DNA from: the human T2T-CHM13v2.0 reference genome, Homo sapiens
DNA: 64,000 bases
NCBI RefSeq assembly: GCF_009914755.1
Contig: NC_060943.1
Strand: one strand, 5' to 3'
The notes beneath the pieces were generated by a model, which worked only from the letters and a program-made list of their open reading frames with translations, was not told the DNA's origin and ran no database searches. Below are positions 9,917-24,900 of this stretch, in pieces. Each line of letters starts with the position of its first letter. Positions within the stretch are counted from its first letter, which is position 1. The translations under genes were made by a program, and so were the position numbers.

Positions 9917-12900
9917 CGTTCTCAGAAACTGCTTTGTGATGTGTGCATTCACCTCACAGAGTGGAACCGTTCTTTGGATAGAGCAGTTTTGAAACAGTCT
10001 TTCTCTAGTATCTGCAAGGGTTCATTTTGAGCGCTTTGAGGCCCATGATGGAAAAGGAAATATTTTCACATAAAAACTAGACAGAAGCTTTCTCAGGAAC
10101 TTCATTGAGATGTGTGCATGAAAGTAACTGAGTGGAATACGTCTTTTGATAGAGCAGTATTGAAACACTTCTTTTGTAGAATCTGCCTGTGGATATCTGG
10201 AACTCTTTGAAGAATTCTTTGGAAACGGCTATCTTCACATAAAAAGTAGACCCAAGCATTCTCAGACAGTTCTTTGTGATATGTACATTGGACTCCCAGA
10301 CTTGAACCTTTCTTTTGATAGAGCAGTGTTGGAACACACTTTTTGTAGAATCTTCATGTGTTCGTTTGGAGTGCTTTGTTGCCCATGGTGGAAAAAGGAA
10401 TATCTTCACCTACAAACCAGACAGAAGCATTCTCAGAGACTGCTTTGTGATGTGTGTGTTCAATTCGCAGAGTTGAAAGTTGCTTTTGATAGAGCAGTTT
10501 TGAAACACTGCTTTTGTAGAATCTGCTTGTTGCTATTGGGGGCTCTTTGAGGAATTTGTTGTAAACGGGATATCTTCACATACAAAGTAGACAGAAGCAT
10601 TCTCAGAAACTGCTCTGTGATGTGTGCATTCAACTCACAGAGTTGAACCTTCCTTTTGCGAGAGCTGTTTTGAAGCAGTCTTTTTGTGGTATCTGCAATT
10701 GGATATTTGGATCGATTTGAGGCCTAAGATGGAAAAGGAAATATCTTCACATACAAACTAGACAGAAGCATTCTCAGACACTGCGTTGTGATGTGTGCAT
10801 TCAACTCACAGAGTTGAACCTTCCTTTTGAGAGCAGTTTTGAAACAGTCTTTTTGAAGTATCTGCAAGTGGATGTTTGGAGAGATTTGAGGCCTAAGATG
10901 GAAAAGGATATATCTTCACCTAAAAACTAGGCAGAAGCATTCTCAGAAACTGCTTTGTGATGTGAGGATTCGACTCACAGGCTTGAAACTTTCTTTTGAT
11001 ACAGCAGGGTTGAAACACACTTTTTGTAGAATCTGCAAGTGTTCATTTGGAGTGCTTTCTTGCCCATGGTGGAAAAAGAAATATCTTCACGTAAAAACTA
11101 GACAGAAACATTCTCAGAAAATACTTTGTGATGTAGTTGTTCAATTCACAGGGTTGAAACTTTCTTTAGATAAAGCAGTTTTGAAACACTGCTTTTGTAG
11201 AATCTTCTTGTGGATATTTGGAGCTGTTTGAGGAATTCGTTTTAAACGGGATATCTTCACATTCAAACTAGTCAGAAACATTCTCAGAAACTGGTTTGTG
11301 ATGTGTGCATTCTACTCACAGAGTTGAACCTTCCTTTTGAGAGAGCAGTTTTGAAACAATCTTTTTGTATTCTCTACAAGTGGATACTTGGAGCAAAGGG
11401 AGACTAAGATTGAAAAGGAAATATCTTCACGGCCAAACTTGACAGAAGCTTTCTCAGAATCTGCTTTGTGATGTGTGCATTCACCTCACAGAGTGGAACC
11501 GTCCTTTTGATAGAGCAGTTCTGAAACAGTCTTTTTGTAGGATCTGCGAGTGTTCATTCTGGTGCGCTTTTAAGCCTTTGGCGGAAAAGGAAATATCTTC
11601 ACAAAAAACTAGACAGAGGCATGCTCAGGAACTTCATTGAGATGTGTGCATTCAAGTAACTGAGTTGAATCTGCCTTTTGATAGAGCAGAATTGAAACAC
11701 TCCTTTTGTAGAATATGCTTGTGGATATTTGGAACTCTTTCAGGAATTCGTTGGAAGCTGGTATCTTCCCAAAAAAAGGAAACCCAAGCATTCTCAAAAA
11801 GTTGTTTGAGATGTGTGCCTTAAACTCACAGACTTCAAACTTTCTTTTGAGAGATCAGTGTTGGAACACGCTTTTTGTAGAATCTGCAAGTGTTCATTTA
11901 GTGCGCTCTGTTGCCTATGGTGGAAAAAGAAATATCTTCAAATGAAAACTAGACAGAAACATTCTCAGAAACTCCTTTGTGAAGTGTTTGTCAAATTCAC
12001 AGAATTGAAATTTTCTTTTGATAGAGCAGTTTTGAAACACCGCTTTCATAGGATCTGCTTGTGGATATTTCGAGCTCTTTGAGGATTTCGTTGTAAACGG
12101 GATATCTTCACATACAAACTAGGCAGAAGAATTCTCAGAAACTGCTTTGTGATGTGTGCATTCAACTCACAGACTTGAACCTTTCTTTTGAAAGAGCAGT
12201 GTTGAAACACACATTTTGTAGGATGTGCAAGTGTTCACTTGGAGCGCTTTTTTGCCTATGGTGGAAAAAGCAATATCTTCACATAAATAGTAGACAGAAG
12301 CATTCTCAGAAACTGCTTTCTGATGTGTTTGTTCTATTCAGAGAGTTGAACCTTTCTTTTCATGGAGCAGTTTTGATACACGGCTTTTGTAGAATCTGCT
12401 TGTGGATATTTGGAGCTCTTTGAGGAATTCGTTGTAAACGGGATATCTTCACATACAAACTAGACAGAAGCGTTCTCAGGAACTGCTTTGTGATGTGTGC
12501 ATTCAACTCACAGACTTGAACCTTTCTTTTGATAGAGCAGTGTTGAAACACACATTTGGAAGAATCTGCTTGTGGATATTTGGAGCGATTAGAGGCCTAT
12601 GAAGGAAAAGGAAATATCTTCACCTACAAACTAGACAGAAGCGTTCTCAGAAACTGCTTTGTGATGTGTGCATTCACCTCACAGAGTGGAACCATTCTTT
12701 GGATAGAGCAGTTTTAAAACAGTCTTTTTCTAGTATGTGCAAGTGTTCATTTTGAGCGCTTTGAGGCCCATGATGGAAAAGGAAATATTTTCACATAAAA
12801 AGTAGACAGAAACTTTCTCAGGAACTTCATTGAGATGTGTGCATTAAAGTAACTGAGTTGAATACGTCTTTTGATAGAGCAGTATGGAAACACTTCTTTT

Positions 12901-15900
12901 GTAGAATCTGCCTGTGGATATCTGGAACTCTTTGAAGAATTCTTTGGAAACGGCTATCTTCACATAAAAAGTAGACCCAAACATTCTCAGACAGTTCTTT
13001 GTCATATGGACATTGGACTCCCAGACCTGAACCTTTCTTTTGATAGAGCAGTGTTGGAACACACTTTTTGTAGAATCTTCATGTATTCGTTTGGAGTGCT
13101 TTGTTGCCTATGGTGGAAAAAGAAATATCTTCACCTAAAAACCAGACAGAAGCATTCTCAGAGACTGCTTTGTGATGTGTGTGTTCAATTCGCAGAGTTG
13201 AAAGTTGATTTTGATAGAGCAGTTTTGAAACACTGCTTTTGTAGAATCTGCTTGTTGCTATTGGGGGCTCTTTGAGGAATTTGTTGTAAACGGGATATCT
13301 TCACATACAAAGTAGACAGAAGCATTCTCAAAAACTGCTCTGTGATGTGTGCATTGGAATCACAGAGTTGAACCTTCCTTTTGCGAGAGCTGTTTTGAAG
13401 CAGTCTTTTTGTGGTATCTGCAATTGAATATTTGGATCGATTTGAGGCCTAAGATGGAAAAGGAAATATCTTCACATACAAACTAGACAGAAGCATTCTC
13501 AGACACTGCGTTGTGATGTGTACATTCAACTCACAGAGTTGAACCTTCCTTTTGAGAGCAGTTTTGAAACAGTCTTTTTGAAGTATCTGCAAATGGATGT
13601 TTGGAGAGATTTGAGGCCTAAGAGGGAAAAGGATATATCTTCACGTAAAAACTAGGCAGAAGAATTCTCAGAAACTGCTTTGTGATGTGGGGATTCAACT
13701 CACAGACTTGAGACTTTCCTTTGATAGAGCAGTGTTGAAACACACTTTTTGTAGAATCTGCAAGTGTTCATTTGGAGTGCTTTCTTGTCCATGGTCGAAA
13801 AAGAAATATCTTCACGTAAGAACTAGGCAGAAACATTCTCAGAAAATACTTTGTGATGTAGTTGTTCAATTCACAGGGTTGAACCTTTCTTTAGATAAAG
13901 CAGTTTGGAAACACTGCTTTTGTAGAATCTTCTTGTGGATATTTGAAGCTGTTTGAGGAATTCGTTTTAAAGAGGATACCTTCACATTCAAACTAGTCAG
14001 AAGCATTCTCAGAAACTGCTTTGTGATGTGTGCATTCAACACACGGAGTTGAACCTTCCTTCTGAGAGAACAGTTTTCAAACAGTCTTTTTGTAGTATCT
14101 GCAAGTCGATATTTGGAACGATTTGAGGTCTATGAGGGAAAAGGAACTATCTTCACATACAAACTAGACAGAAGCATGCTCAGAAACTGCTTTGTGATGT
14201 GTGCATTCAACTCACAGAGTTGAACCTTCCTTTTGAGAGAGAGGTTTTGAAACAGTCTTTTTGTAGTATATACAAGTGGATATTTTTAGGGATTTGAGGT
14301 CTAAGATGGAAAAGGAAATACCTTCACCTACAACCTAGACAGAAGCATTCTCAGAAACTGCTTTGTGATGTATGCATTCAACACACGGAGTTGAACCTTC
14401 CTTCTGAGAGAACAGTTTTCAAACAGTCTTTTTGTAGTATCTGCAAGTCGATATTTGGAACGATTTGAGGCCTATGAGGGAAAAGCAACTATCTTCACAT
14501 ACAAACTAGACAGAAGCATGCTCAGAAACTGCTTTGTGATGTGTGCATTCAACTCACAGAGTTGAACCTTCCTTTTGAGAGAGAGGTTTTGAAACAATAT
14601 TTTTATAGTATATACAAGTGGATAGTTTTAGTGATTTGAGGTCTAAGATGGAAAAGGAAATACCTTCACCTACAAACTAGACAGAAGCATTCTCAGAAAC
14701 TGCTTTGTGATGTGTGTATTAAACTTACAGACTTGAAACCATATTTTGATAGAGCAGTGTTGAAACACACTTTTCATAGAATCTGCAAGTGTTCATTTGG
14801 AGAGCTTTGTTGCCTGAGGTGGAAAAAGAAACGTGTTCACATACAAACTAGAAACAAGAATTCTCAGAAACTCCTTTGAGATGTTTGTGTCCAATTCACA
14901 AAGTTGAACCTTTCTTTTGATAGAGCATATTTGAAACACTGCTTTTGTAGAATCTGCTTGCGGATATTTGGAGGTCTTTGAGGAATTAGGCGTATACGGG
15001 AGATCTTTACATACAAGTTACACAGAAGCATTCTCAGAAACTGCTTTGTGATGTGTGCATTCAACTCACAGAGTTGAAACTTTCTTTTGAGAAAGCAGTT
15101 CTGAAACAGTCTTTCTGTAGTATCTGCAAGTGCATATTTGGAGCGATTTGAGGCCTATGATGGAAAAGGAAATATGTTCACATACAAACTAGACAGAAGC
15201 GTTCTCAGAAACGGCTTTGTGATGTGTGCATTCACCTCACAGAGTGGAACCGTTCTTTGGATAGAGCAGTTTTGAAACAGTCTTTCTCTAGTATCTGCAA
15301 GTGTTCATTTTGAGCGCTTTGAGGCCCATGATGGAAAAGGAAATATTTTCACATAAAAACTAGACAGAAGCTTTCTCAGGAACTTCATTGAGATGTGTGC
15401 ATTAAAGTAACTGAGTTGAATACGTCTTTTGATAGAGCAGTATTGAAACACTTCTTTTGTAGAATCTGCCTGTGGATATCTGGAACTCTTTGAAGAATTC
15501 TTTGGAAACGGCTATCTTCACATAAAAAGTAGACCCAAGCATTCTCAGAAAGTTCTTTGTGATATGTACATTGGACTCCCAGACTTGAACCTTTCTTTTG
15601 ATAGAGCAGTGTTGGAACACACTTTTTGTAGAATCTTCATGTGTTCTTTTGGAGTGCTCTGTTGCCTATGGTGGAAAAAGGAATATCTTCACCTACAAAC
15701 CAGACAGAAGCATTCTCAGAGACTGCTTTGTGATGTGTGTGTTCAATTCGCAGAGTTGAAAGTTGCTTTGGATAGAGCAGTTTTGAAACACTGCTTTTGT
15801 AGAATCTGCTTGTTGCTATTGGGGGCTCTTTGAGGAATTTGTTGTAAGCGGGATATCTTCACATACAAAGTAGACAGAAGCATTCTCAGAAACTGCTCTG

Positions 15901-18900
15901 TGATGTGTGCATTCAACTCACAGAGTTGAACCTTCCTTTTGCGAGAGCTGTTTTGAAGCAGTCTTTTTGTGGTATCTGGAATTGGATATTTGGATCGATT
16001 TGAGGCCTAAGATGGAAAAGGAAATATCTTCACATACAAACTAGACAGAAGCATTCTCAGACACTGCGTTGTGATGTGTGCATTCAACTCACAGAGTTGA
16101 ACCTTCCTTTTGAGAGCAGTTTTGAAACAGTCTTTTTGAAGTATCTGCAAGTGGATGTTTGGAGAGATTTGAGGCCTAAGATGGAAAAGGATATATCTTC
16201 ACCTAAAAACTAGGCAGAAGCATTCTCAGAAACTGCTTTGTGATGTGGGGATTCAACTCACAGCCTTGAAACTTTCTTTTGATAGAGCAGGGTTCAAACA
16301 CACTTTTTGTAGAATCTGCAAGTGTTCATTTGGAGTGCTTTCTTGCCCATGGTGGAAAAAGAAATATCTTCACGTAAAAACTAGACAGAAACATTCTCAG
16401 AAAATACTTTGTGATGTAGTTGTTCAATTCACAGGGTTGAAACTTTCTTTAGATAAAGCAGTTTTGAAACACTGCTTTTGTAGAATCTTCTTGTGGATAT
16501 TTGGAGCTGTTTGAGGAATTCGTTTTAAACGGGATATCTTCACATTCAAACTAGTCAGAAACATTCTCAGAAACTGGTTTGTGATGTGTGCATTCTACTC
16601 ACAGAGTTGAACCTTCCTTTTGAGAGAGCAGTTTTGAAACAATCTTTTTGTATTCTCTACAAGTGGATACTTGGAGCAAGGGAGACTAAGATTGAAAAGG
16701 AAATATCTTCACGGCCAAACTTGACAGAAGCTTTCTCAGAATCTGCTTTGTGATGTGTGCATTCACCTCACAGAGTGGAACCGTCCTTTTGATAGAGCAG
16801 TTCTGAAACAGTCTTTTTGTAGGATCTGCGAGTGTTCATTCTGGTGCGCTTTTAAGCCTTTGGCGGAAAAGGAAATATCTTCACAAAAAACTAGACAGAG
16901 GCATGCTCAGGAACTTCATTGAGATGTGTGCATTCAAGTAACTGAGTTGAATCTGCCTTTTGATAGAGCAGAATTGAAACACTCCTTTTGTAGAATATGC
17001 TTGTGGATATTTGGAACTCTTTCAGGAATTCGTTGGAAGCTGGTATCTTCACAAAAAAAGGAAACCCAGGCATTCTCAAAAAGTTGTTTGAGATGTGTGC
17101 CTTAAACTCACAGACTTCAAACTTTCTTTTGAGAGATCAGTGCTGGAACACGCTTTTTGTAGAATCTGCAAGTGTTCATTTAGTGCGCTTTGTTGCCTAT
17201 GGTGGAAAAAGAAATATCTTCAAATGAAAACTAGACAGAAACATTCTCAGAAACTCCTTTGTGAAGTGTGTGTCAAATTCACAGAATAGAAATTTTCTTT
17301 TGACAGAGCAGTTTTGAAACACCGCTTTTATAGGATCTGCTTGTGGATATTTGGAGCTCTTTGAGGATTTCGTTGTAAACGGGATATCTTCACATACAAA
17401 CTAGGGAGAAGAATTCTCAGAAACTGCTTTGTGATGTGTGCATTCAACTCACAGACTTGAACATTTCTTTTGAAAGAGCAGTGTTGAAACACACATTTTG
17501 TAGGATGTGCAAGTGTTCACTTGGAGAGCTTTTTTGCCTATGGTGGAAAAAGCAATATCTTCACATAAATACTAGACAGAAGCATTCTCAGAAACTCCTT
17601 TGTGATGTGTTTGCTCAATTCAGAGAGTTGAACCTTTCTTTTGATAGAGCAGTTTTGATACACTGCTTTTGTAGAATCTGCTTGTGGATATTTGGAGCTC
17701 TTTGAGGAATTCGTTGTAAACGGGATATCTTCACATACAAACTAGACAGAAGCGTTCTCAGAAACTGCTTTGTGATGTGTGCATTCACCTCACAGAGTGG
17801 AACCGTTCTTTGGATAGAGCAGTTTTGAAACAGTCTTTCTCTAGTATCTACAAGTGTTCATTTTGAGCGCTTTGAGGCCCATGATGGAAAAGGAAATATT
17901 TTCACATAAAAACTAGACAGAAGCTTTCTCAGGAACTTCACTGAGATGTGTGCATTAAGGTAACTGGGTGGAATACGTCTTTTGATAGAGCAGTATTGAA
18001 ACACTTCTTTTGTAGAATCTGCCTGTGGATATCTGGAACTCTTTGAAGAATTCTTTGGAAACGGCTATCTTCACATAAAAAGTAGACCCAAGCATTCTCA
18101 GAAAGTTCTTTGTGATATGTACATTGGACTCCAGACTTGAACCTTTCTTTTGATAGAGCAGTGTTGGAACACACTTTTTGTAGAATCTTCATGTTTTCTT
18201 TTGGAGTGCTCTGTTGCCTATGGTGGAAAAAGGAATATCTTCACCTACAAACCAGACAGAAGCATTCTCAGAGACTGCTTTGTGATGTGTGTGTTCAATT
18301 CGCAGAGTTGAAAGTTGATTTTGATAGAGCAGTTTTGAAACACTGCTTTTGTAGAATCTGCTTGTTGCTATTGGGGGCTCTTTGAGGAATTTGTTGTAAA
18401 CGGGATATCTTCACATACAAAGTAGACAGAAGCATTCTCAGAAACTGCTCTGTGATGTGTGCATTCAACTCACAGAGTTGAACTTTCCTTTTGCGAGAGC
18501 TGTTTTGAAGCAGTCTTTTTGTGGTATCTGCAATTGGATATTTGGATCGATTTGAGGCCTAAGATGGAAAAGGAAATATCTTCACATACAAACTAGACAG
18601 AAGCATTCTCAGACACTGCGTTGTGATGTGTGCATTCAACTCACAGAGTTGAACCTTCCTTTTGAGAGTAGTTTTGAAACAGTCTTTTTGAAGTATCTGC
18701 AAGTGGATGTTGGAGAGATTTGAGGCCTAAGATGGAAAAGGATATATCTTCACCTAAAAACTAGGCAGAAGCATTCTCAGAAACTGCTTTGTGATGTGGG
18801 GATTCAACTCACAGGCTTGAAACTTTCTTTTGATAGAGCAGGGTTGAAACACACTTTTTGTAGAATCTGCAAGTGTTCATTTGGAGTGCTTCCTTTCCCA

Positions 18901-21900
18901 TGGTGGAAAAAGAAATATCTTCACGTAAAAACTAGACAGAAACATTCTCAGAAAATACTTTGTGATGTAGTTGTTCAATTCACAGGGTTGAACCTTTCTT
19001 TAGATAAAGCAGTTTTGAAACACTGCTTTTGTAGAATCTTCTTGTGGATATTTGGAGCTGTTTGAGGAATTCGTTTTAAACGGGATATCTTCACATTCAA
19101 ACTAGTCAGAAGCATTCTCAGAAACTGGTTTCTGATGTGTGCATTCTACTCACAGAGTTGAACCTTCCTTCTGAGAGAGCAGTTTTTAAACAGCCTCTTT
19201 GAAATATCTGCAAGTGGATATTTGGAGCGATGGGAAGTCTAAGATTGAAAAGGAAATATCCTCACATACAAACTAGACAGAAGCAATCTCATTAACTTCT
19301 TTGTGATGTGTGCATTCAGCTCACAGAGTTGAACCTTCCTTTTGAGAGAGCAGTTTTGAAACAGTTTTTTGTAGTATCCTCAAGTGGATATATGGAGCGA
19401 CGTGAGGCTAAAGATGGAAACGGGAATATCTTCACATACAAACTAGATAGAAGCATTCTCAGAAACTGCTTTGTGATGGGTGCATTCAACACAGAGACTT
19501 GAACATTTCTTTAGACGGGGCAGTGTTGAAACACAAATTTGTAGAATCTGCAAGAGTTCCTTTGGAACGCTTTGATGCCTATGGTGGAAAAAGAAATATC
19601 TTCACATAAAGACTCGAAAGAAGCGTTCTCCGAAACTCTTTGTGATATGTGTGTTCAGTTCACAGAGTTGAACCTTTCTTTTGTTTGAGCAGTTTTGAAA
19701 CACTGCTTTTCTAGAATCTGCTTGTGGATGTTTGGAGCTCTTTGAGGGATTCGCTGTCAATGGGATATCTTCACATACAAACTAGACAGAAGCATTCTCA
19801 GAAACTGCTTTGTGATGTGTGCATTCAACACACGGAGTTGAACCTTCCTTCTGAGAGAACGGTTTTCAAACAGTCTTTTTGTAGTATCTGCAAGTCGATA
19901 TTTGGTACGATTTGAGGCCTATGAGGGAAAAGGAACTATCTTAACATACAAACTAGACAGAAGCATGCTCAGAAACTGCTTTGTGATGTGAGCATTCAAC
20001 TCACAGATTTGAACCTTCCTTTTGAGAGAGACGTTTTGAAACACTCTTTTTGTAGTATACACAAGTGCATATTTTTAGTGATTTGAGGTCTAAGATGGAA
20101 AAGGAAATACCTTCACCTACAAACTAGACAGAAGCATTCTCAGAAACTGCTTTGTGATGTGTGCATTAAACTTACAGACTTGAAACCTTATTTTGATAGA
20201 GCAGTGTTGAAACACACTTTTTATAGAATCTGCAAGTGTTCATTTGGAGAGCTTTGTTGCCTGTGGTGGAAAAAGAAATGTGTTCACATACAAACTAGAA
20301 AGAAGCCTTCTCAGAAACTCCTTTGAGATGTTTGTGTCCAATTCACAAAGTTGAACCTTTCTTTTGATAGAGCAGATTTGAAACACTGCTTTTGTAGAAT
20401 CTGCTTGCGTGTATTTGGAGGGCTTTGAGGAATTGGGCGTATACGGGATATCTTCAAATACAAATTACACAGAAGCATTCTCAGAAACTGCTCTGTGATG
20501 TGTGCATTCAACTCACAGAGTTGAAACTTTCTTTTGAGAAAGCAGTTCTGAAACAGTCTTTTTGTAGTATCTGCAAGTGGATATTTGGAGCGATTTGAGG
20601 CCTATGATGGAAAAGGAAATATGTGCACATACAAACTAGACAGAAGCATTCTCAGATACTGCTTTGTGATGTGTGTGTTCAATTCACAGGGTTGACTCTT
20701 TCTTTTGATTGAGCAGTTTTGAACCACCAGTTTTGTAAAATCTGCTTGTGGATATTTGTAGCTCTTGGAGGAATTCTTTGTAAAAGGGAGATCTTCACAT
20801 ACACACTAGTCAGAAGCATTCTCAGAAACTTCTTTGTGATATGTGAATTGAACTCACAGAGTTGAACCTTCCTTTTGAGAGAGCCGTTTTGAAACAATCT
20901 TTTTGAAGTATCTTCAATTGGATGTTTCTAGTGATTTGAGTCCTAAGATGGAAAAGGAAATATCTTCACATACAATCTAGAGAGAAGCACTCTCAGAAGC
21001 TGCTTGGTGATGTCTGCATTTAACTCACAGACTTGAACCCTTGTTTTGAAAGAGCAGTGTTGAAACACACATTTTGTACGATCTGCAAGTGTTCATTTGG
21101 AGCGCTTTTGTGCCTATGGTGGATAAAGAAATGTCTTCACATAAATACTAGACAGAAGCATTCTCAGAAACTGCTTTGTGATGTGTGCATTCAACTCACA
21201 GAGTTGAACCTTCCTTTTGAGAGAGAGGTTTTGAAACAGTCTTTTTGTAGTATCTGCAAGTGGATATTTTTAGTGATTTGAGGTCTAAGATGGAAAAGGA
21301 AATACCTTCACCTACAAACTAGACAGAAGCATTCTCAGAAACTGCTTTGTGATGTGTGCATTTAACTTACAGACTTGAAACTTTATTTTGATAGAGCAGT
21401 ATTGAAACACACTTTTTATAGAATCTGCAAGTCTTCATTTGGAGAGCTTTGTTGCCTGTGGTGGAAAAAGGAATATGTTCACATAGAAATTAGAAAGAAG
21501 CATTCTCAGAAACTCCTTTGTGATGTTTGTGTCCAATTCACAAAGTTGAACCTTTCTTTTGATAGAGCAGATTTGAAACACTGCTTTTGTAGAATCTGCT
21601 TGCAGATATTTGGAGGTCTTTGAGGAATTGGGCGTATATGGGAGATCTTCACATACAAGTTACACAGAAGCATTCTCAGAAACTGCTTTGTGATGTGTGC
21701 ATTCAACTCACAGAGTTGAAACTTTCTCTTGAGAAAGCAGTATTGAAACAGTCTTTCTGTAGTATCTGCCAGGGGATATTTGGAGCGATTTGAGGCCTAT
21801 GATGGAAAAGGAAATACGTTCACATACAACCTAGACAGAAACGTTCTCAGAAACTGCTTTGTGATGTGTGCATTCACCTCAGAGAGTGGAACCGTTCTTT

Positions 21901-24900
21901 GAATAGAGCAGTTTTGAAAGAGTCTTTCTCTATTATCTGCAAGTGTTCATTTTGAGCGCTTTGAGGCCCATGATTGAAAAGGAAATATTTTCACATAAAA
22001 GCTAGGCAGAAGCTTTCTCAGGAACTACATTGAGATGTGTGCATTAAAGTAACTGAGTTGAATACGTCTTTTGATAGAGCAGTATTGAAACACTTCTTTT
22101 GTAGAATCTGCCTGTGGATATCTGGAACTCTTTGAAGAATTCTTTGGAAACGGCTATCTTCACATAAAAAGTAGACCCAAGCATTCTCAGAAAGTTCTTT
22201 GTGATATGTACATTGGACTCCCAGACTTGAACCTTTCTTTTGATACAGCAGTGTTGGAACACACATTTGTAGAATCTTCATATGTTCGTTTGGAGTGCTC
22301 TGTTGCCTATGGTGGAAAAAGGAATATCTTCACCTAAAAACCAGACAGAAGCATTCTCAGAGACTGCTTTGTGATGTGTGTGTTCAATTCGCAGAGTTGA
22401 AAGTTGCTTTGGATAGAGCAGTTTTGAAACACTGCTTTTGTAGAATCTGCTTGTTGCTACTGGGGGCTCTTTGAGGAATTTGTTGTAAACGGGATATCTT
22501 CACATAAAAAGTAGACAGAAGCATTCTCAGAAACTGCTCTGTGTTGTGTGCATTCAACTCACAGAGTTGAACTTTCCTTTTGCGAGAGCTGTTTTGAAGC
22601 AGTCTTTTTGTGGTATCTGCAATTGGATATTTGGATCGATTTGAGGCCTAAGATGGAAAAGGAAATATCTTCACATACAAACTAGACAGAAGCATTCTCA
22701 GACACTGCGTTGTGATGTGTGCATTCAACTCACAGAGTTGAACCTTCCTTTTGAGAGCAGTTTTGAAACAGTCTTTTTGAAGTATCTGCAAGTGGATGTT
22801 TGGAGAGATTTGAGGCCTAAGATGGAAAAGGATATATCTTCACCTAAAAACTAGGCAGAAGCATTCTCAGAAACTGCTTTGTGATGTGGGGATTCAACTC
22901 ACAGGCTTGAAACTTTCTTTTGATACAGCAGGGTTGAAACATACTTTTTGTAGAATCTGCAAGTGTTCATTTGGAGTGCTTTCTTGCCCATGGTGGAAAA
23001 AGAAATATCTTCACGTAAAAACTAGACAGAAACATTCTCAGAAAATACTTTGTGATGTAGTTGTTCAATTCACAGGGTTGAACCTTTCTTTAGATAAAGC
23101 AGTTTTGAAACACTGCTTTTGTAGAATCTTCTTGTGGATATTTGGAGCTGTTTGAGGTATTCGGTTTAAATGGGATATCTTCACATTCAAACTAGTCAGA
23201 AGCATTCTCAGAAACTGGTTTGTGATGTGTGCATTCTACTCACAGAGTTGAACCTTCCTTTTGAGAGAGCAGTTTTGAAACAATCTTTTTGTATTCTCTA
23301 CAAGTGGATACTTGGAGCAATGGGAGGACTAAGATTGAAAAGGAAATGTCTTCACGGCCAAACTTGACAGAAGCTTTCTCAGAATCTGCTTTGTGATGTG
23401 TGCATTCACCTCACAGAGTGGAACCGTCCTTTTGATAGAGCAGTTCTGAAACAGTCTTTTTGTAGGATCTGCGAGTGTTCATTTTGGAGCGCTTTTAAGT
23501 CTTTGGCGGAAAAGGAAATATCTTCACAAAAAACCAGACAGAGGCATGCTCAGGAACTTCACTGAGATGTGTGCATTCAAGTAACTGAGTTGAATCTGCC
23601 TTTTGATAGAGCAGAATTGAAACACTCCTTTTGTAGAATCTGCTTGTGGATATTTACAACTCTTTCAGGAATTCGTTGGCAGCTGGTATCTTCACAATAA
23701 AAGGAGACCCAAGCATGCTCAAAAAGTTCTTTGAGATGTGTGCCTTAAACTCACAGACTTCAAACTTTCTTTTGAGAGATCAGTGTTGGAACACGCATTT
23801 TGTAGAATCTGCAAGTGTTCATTTAGTGCGCTCTGTTGCCTATGGTGGAAAAAGAAATATCTTCAAATGAAAACTAGACAGAAACATTCTCAGAAACTCC
23901 TTTGTGAAGTGTGTGTCAAATTCACAGAATTGAAATTTTCCTTTGATAGCGCAGCTTTGAAACACCGCTTTTATAGGATCTGCTTGTGGATATTTGGAGC
24001 TCTTTGAGGATTTCGTTGTAAACGGGATATCTTCAAATACAAACTAGACAGAAGCATTATCAGAAACTGCTTTGTGATGTGTGTATTAAACTTACAGACT
24101 TGAAAGCTTATTTTGATAGAGCAGTGTTGAAACACACTTTTTATAGAATCTGCATGTGTTCATTTGGAGAGCTTTGTTGCCTGTCGTGGAAAAAGAAATG
24201 TGTTCACATACAATCTAGAAAGAAGCCTTCTCAGAAACTCCTTTGAGATGTTTGTGTCCAATTCACAAAGTTGAACCTTTCTATTGATAGAGCAGATTTG
24301 AAACACTGCTTTTGTAGAATCTGCTTGCGGATATTTGGAGGTCTTTGAGGAATTGGGCGTATACGGGAGATCTTCACATACAAGTTACACAGAAGCATTC
24401 TCAGAAACTGCTTTGTGATGTGTGCATTGAACTCACAGACTTGAAACTTTCTTTTGAGAAAACAGTTTTGAAACAGTCTTTTTGTAGTATCTGCAAGTGG
24501 ATATTTGGAGCGATTTGAGGCCTATGATGGAAAAGGAAATATGTTCACATACAAACTAGACAGAAGCATTCTCAGAAACTGCTTTGTGATGTGTGCATTC
24601 ACCTCACAGAGTGGAACCGTTCTTTGGATAGAGCCGTTTTGAAACAGTCTTTCTCTAGTATCTACAAGTGTTCATTTTGAGCGCTTTGAGGCCCATGATG
24701 GAAAAGGAAATATTTTCACATAAAAACTAGACAGAAGCTTTCTCAGGAACTTCATTGAGATGTGTGCATGAAAGTAACTGGGTGGAATACGTCTTTTGAT
24801 AGAGCAGTATTGAAACACTTCTTTTGTAGAATCTGCCTGTGGATATCTGGAACTCTTTGAAGAATTCTTTGGAAACGGCTATCTTCACATAAAAAGTAGA

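Noticed and set aside
10281-15564. 5,283-bp spacing in the left mosaic equal to the 31-mer length
   Set aside because: It is the sum of a 16-mer and a 15-mer that each contain m1-m8, so the monomer content differs from the true 31-mer. The match follows from the equal monomer count.
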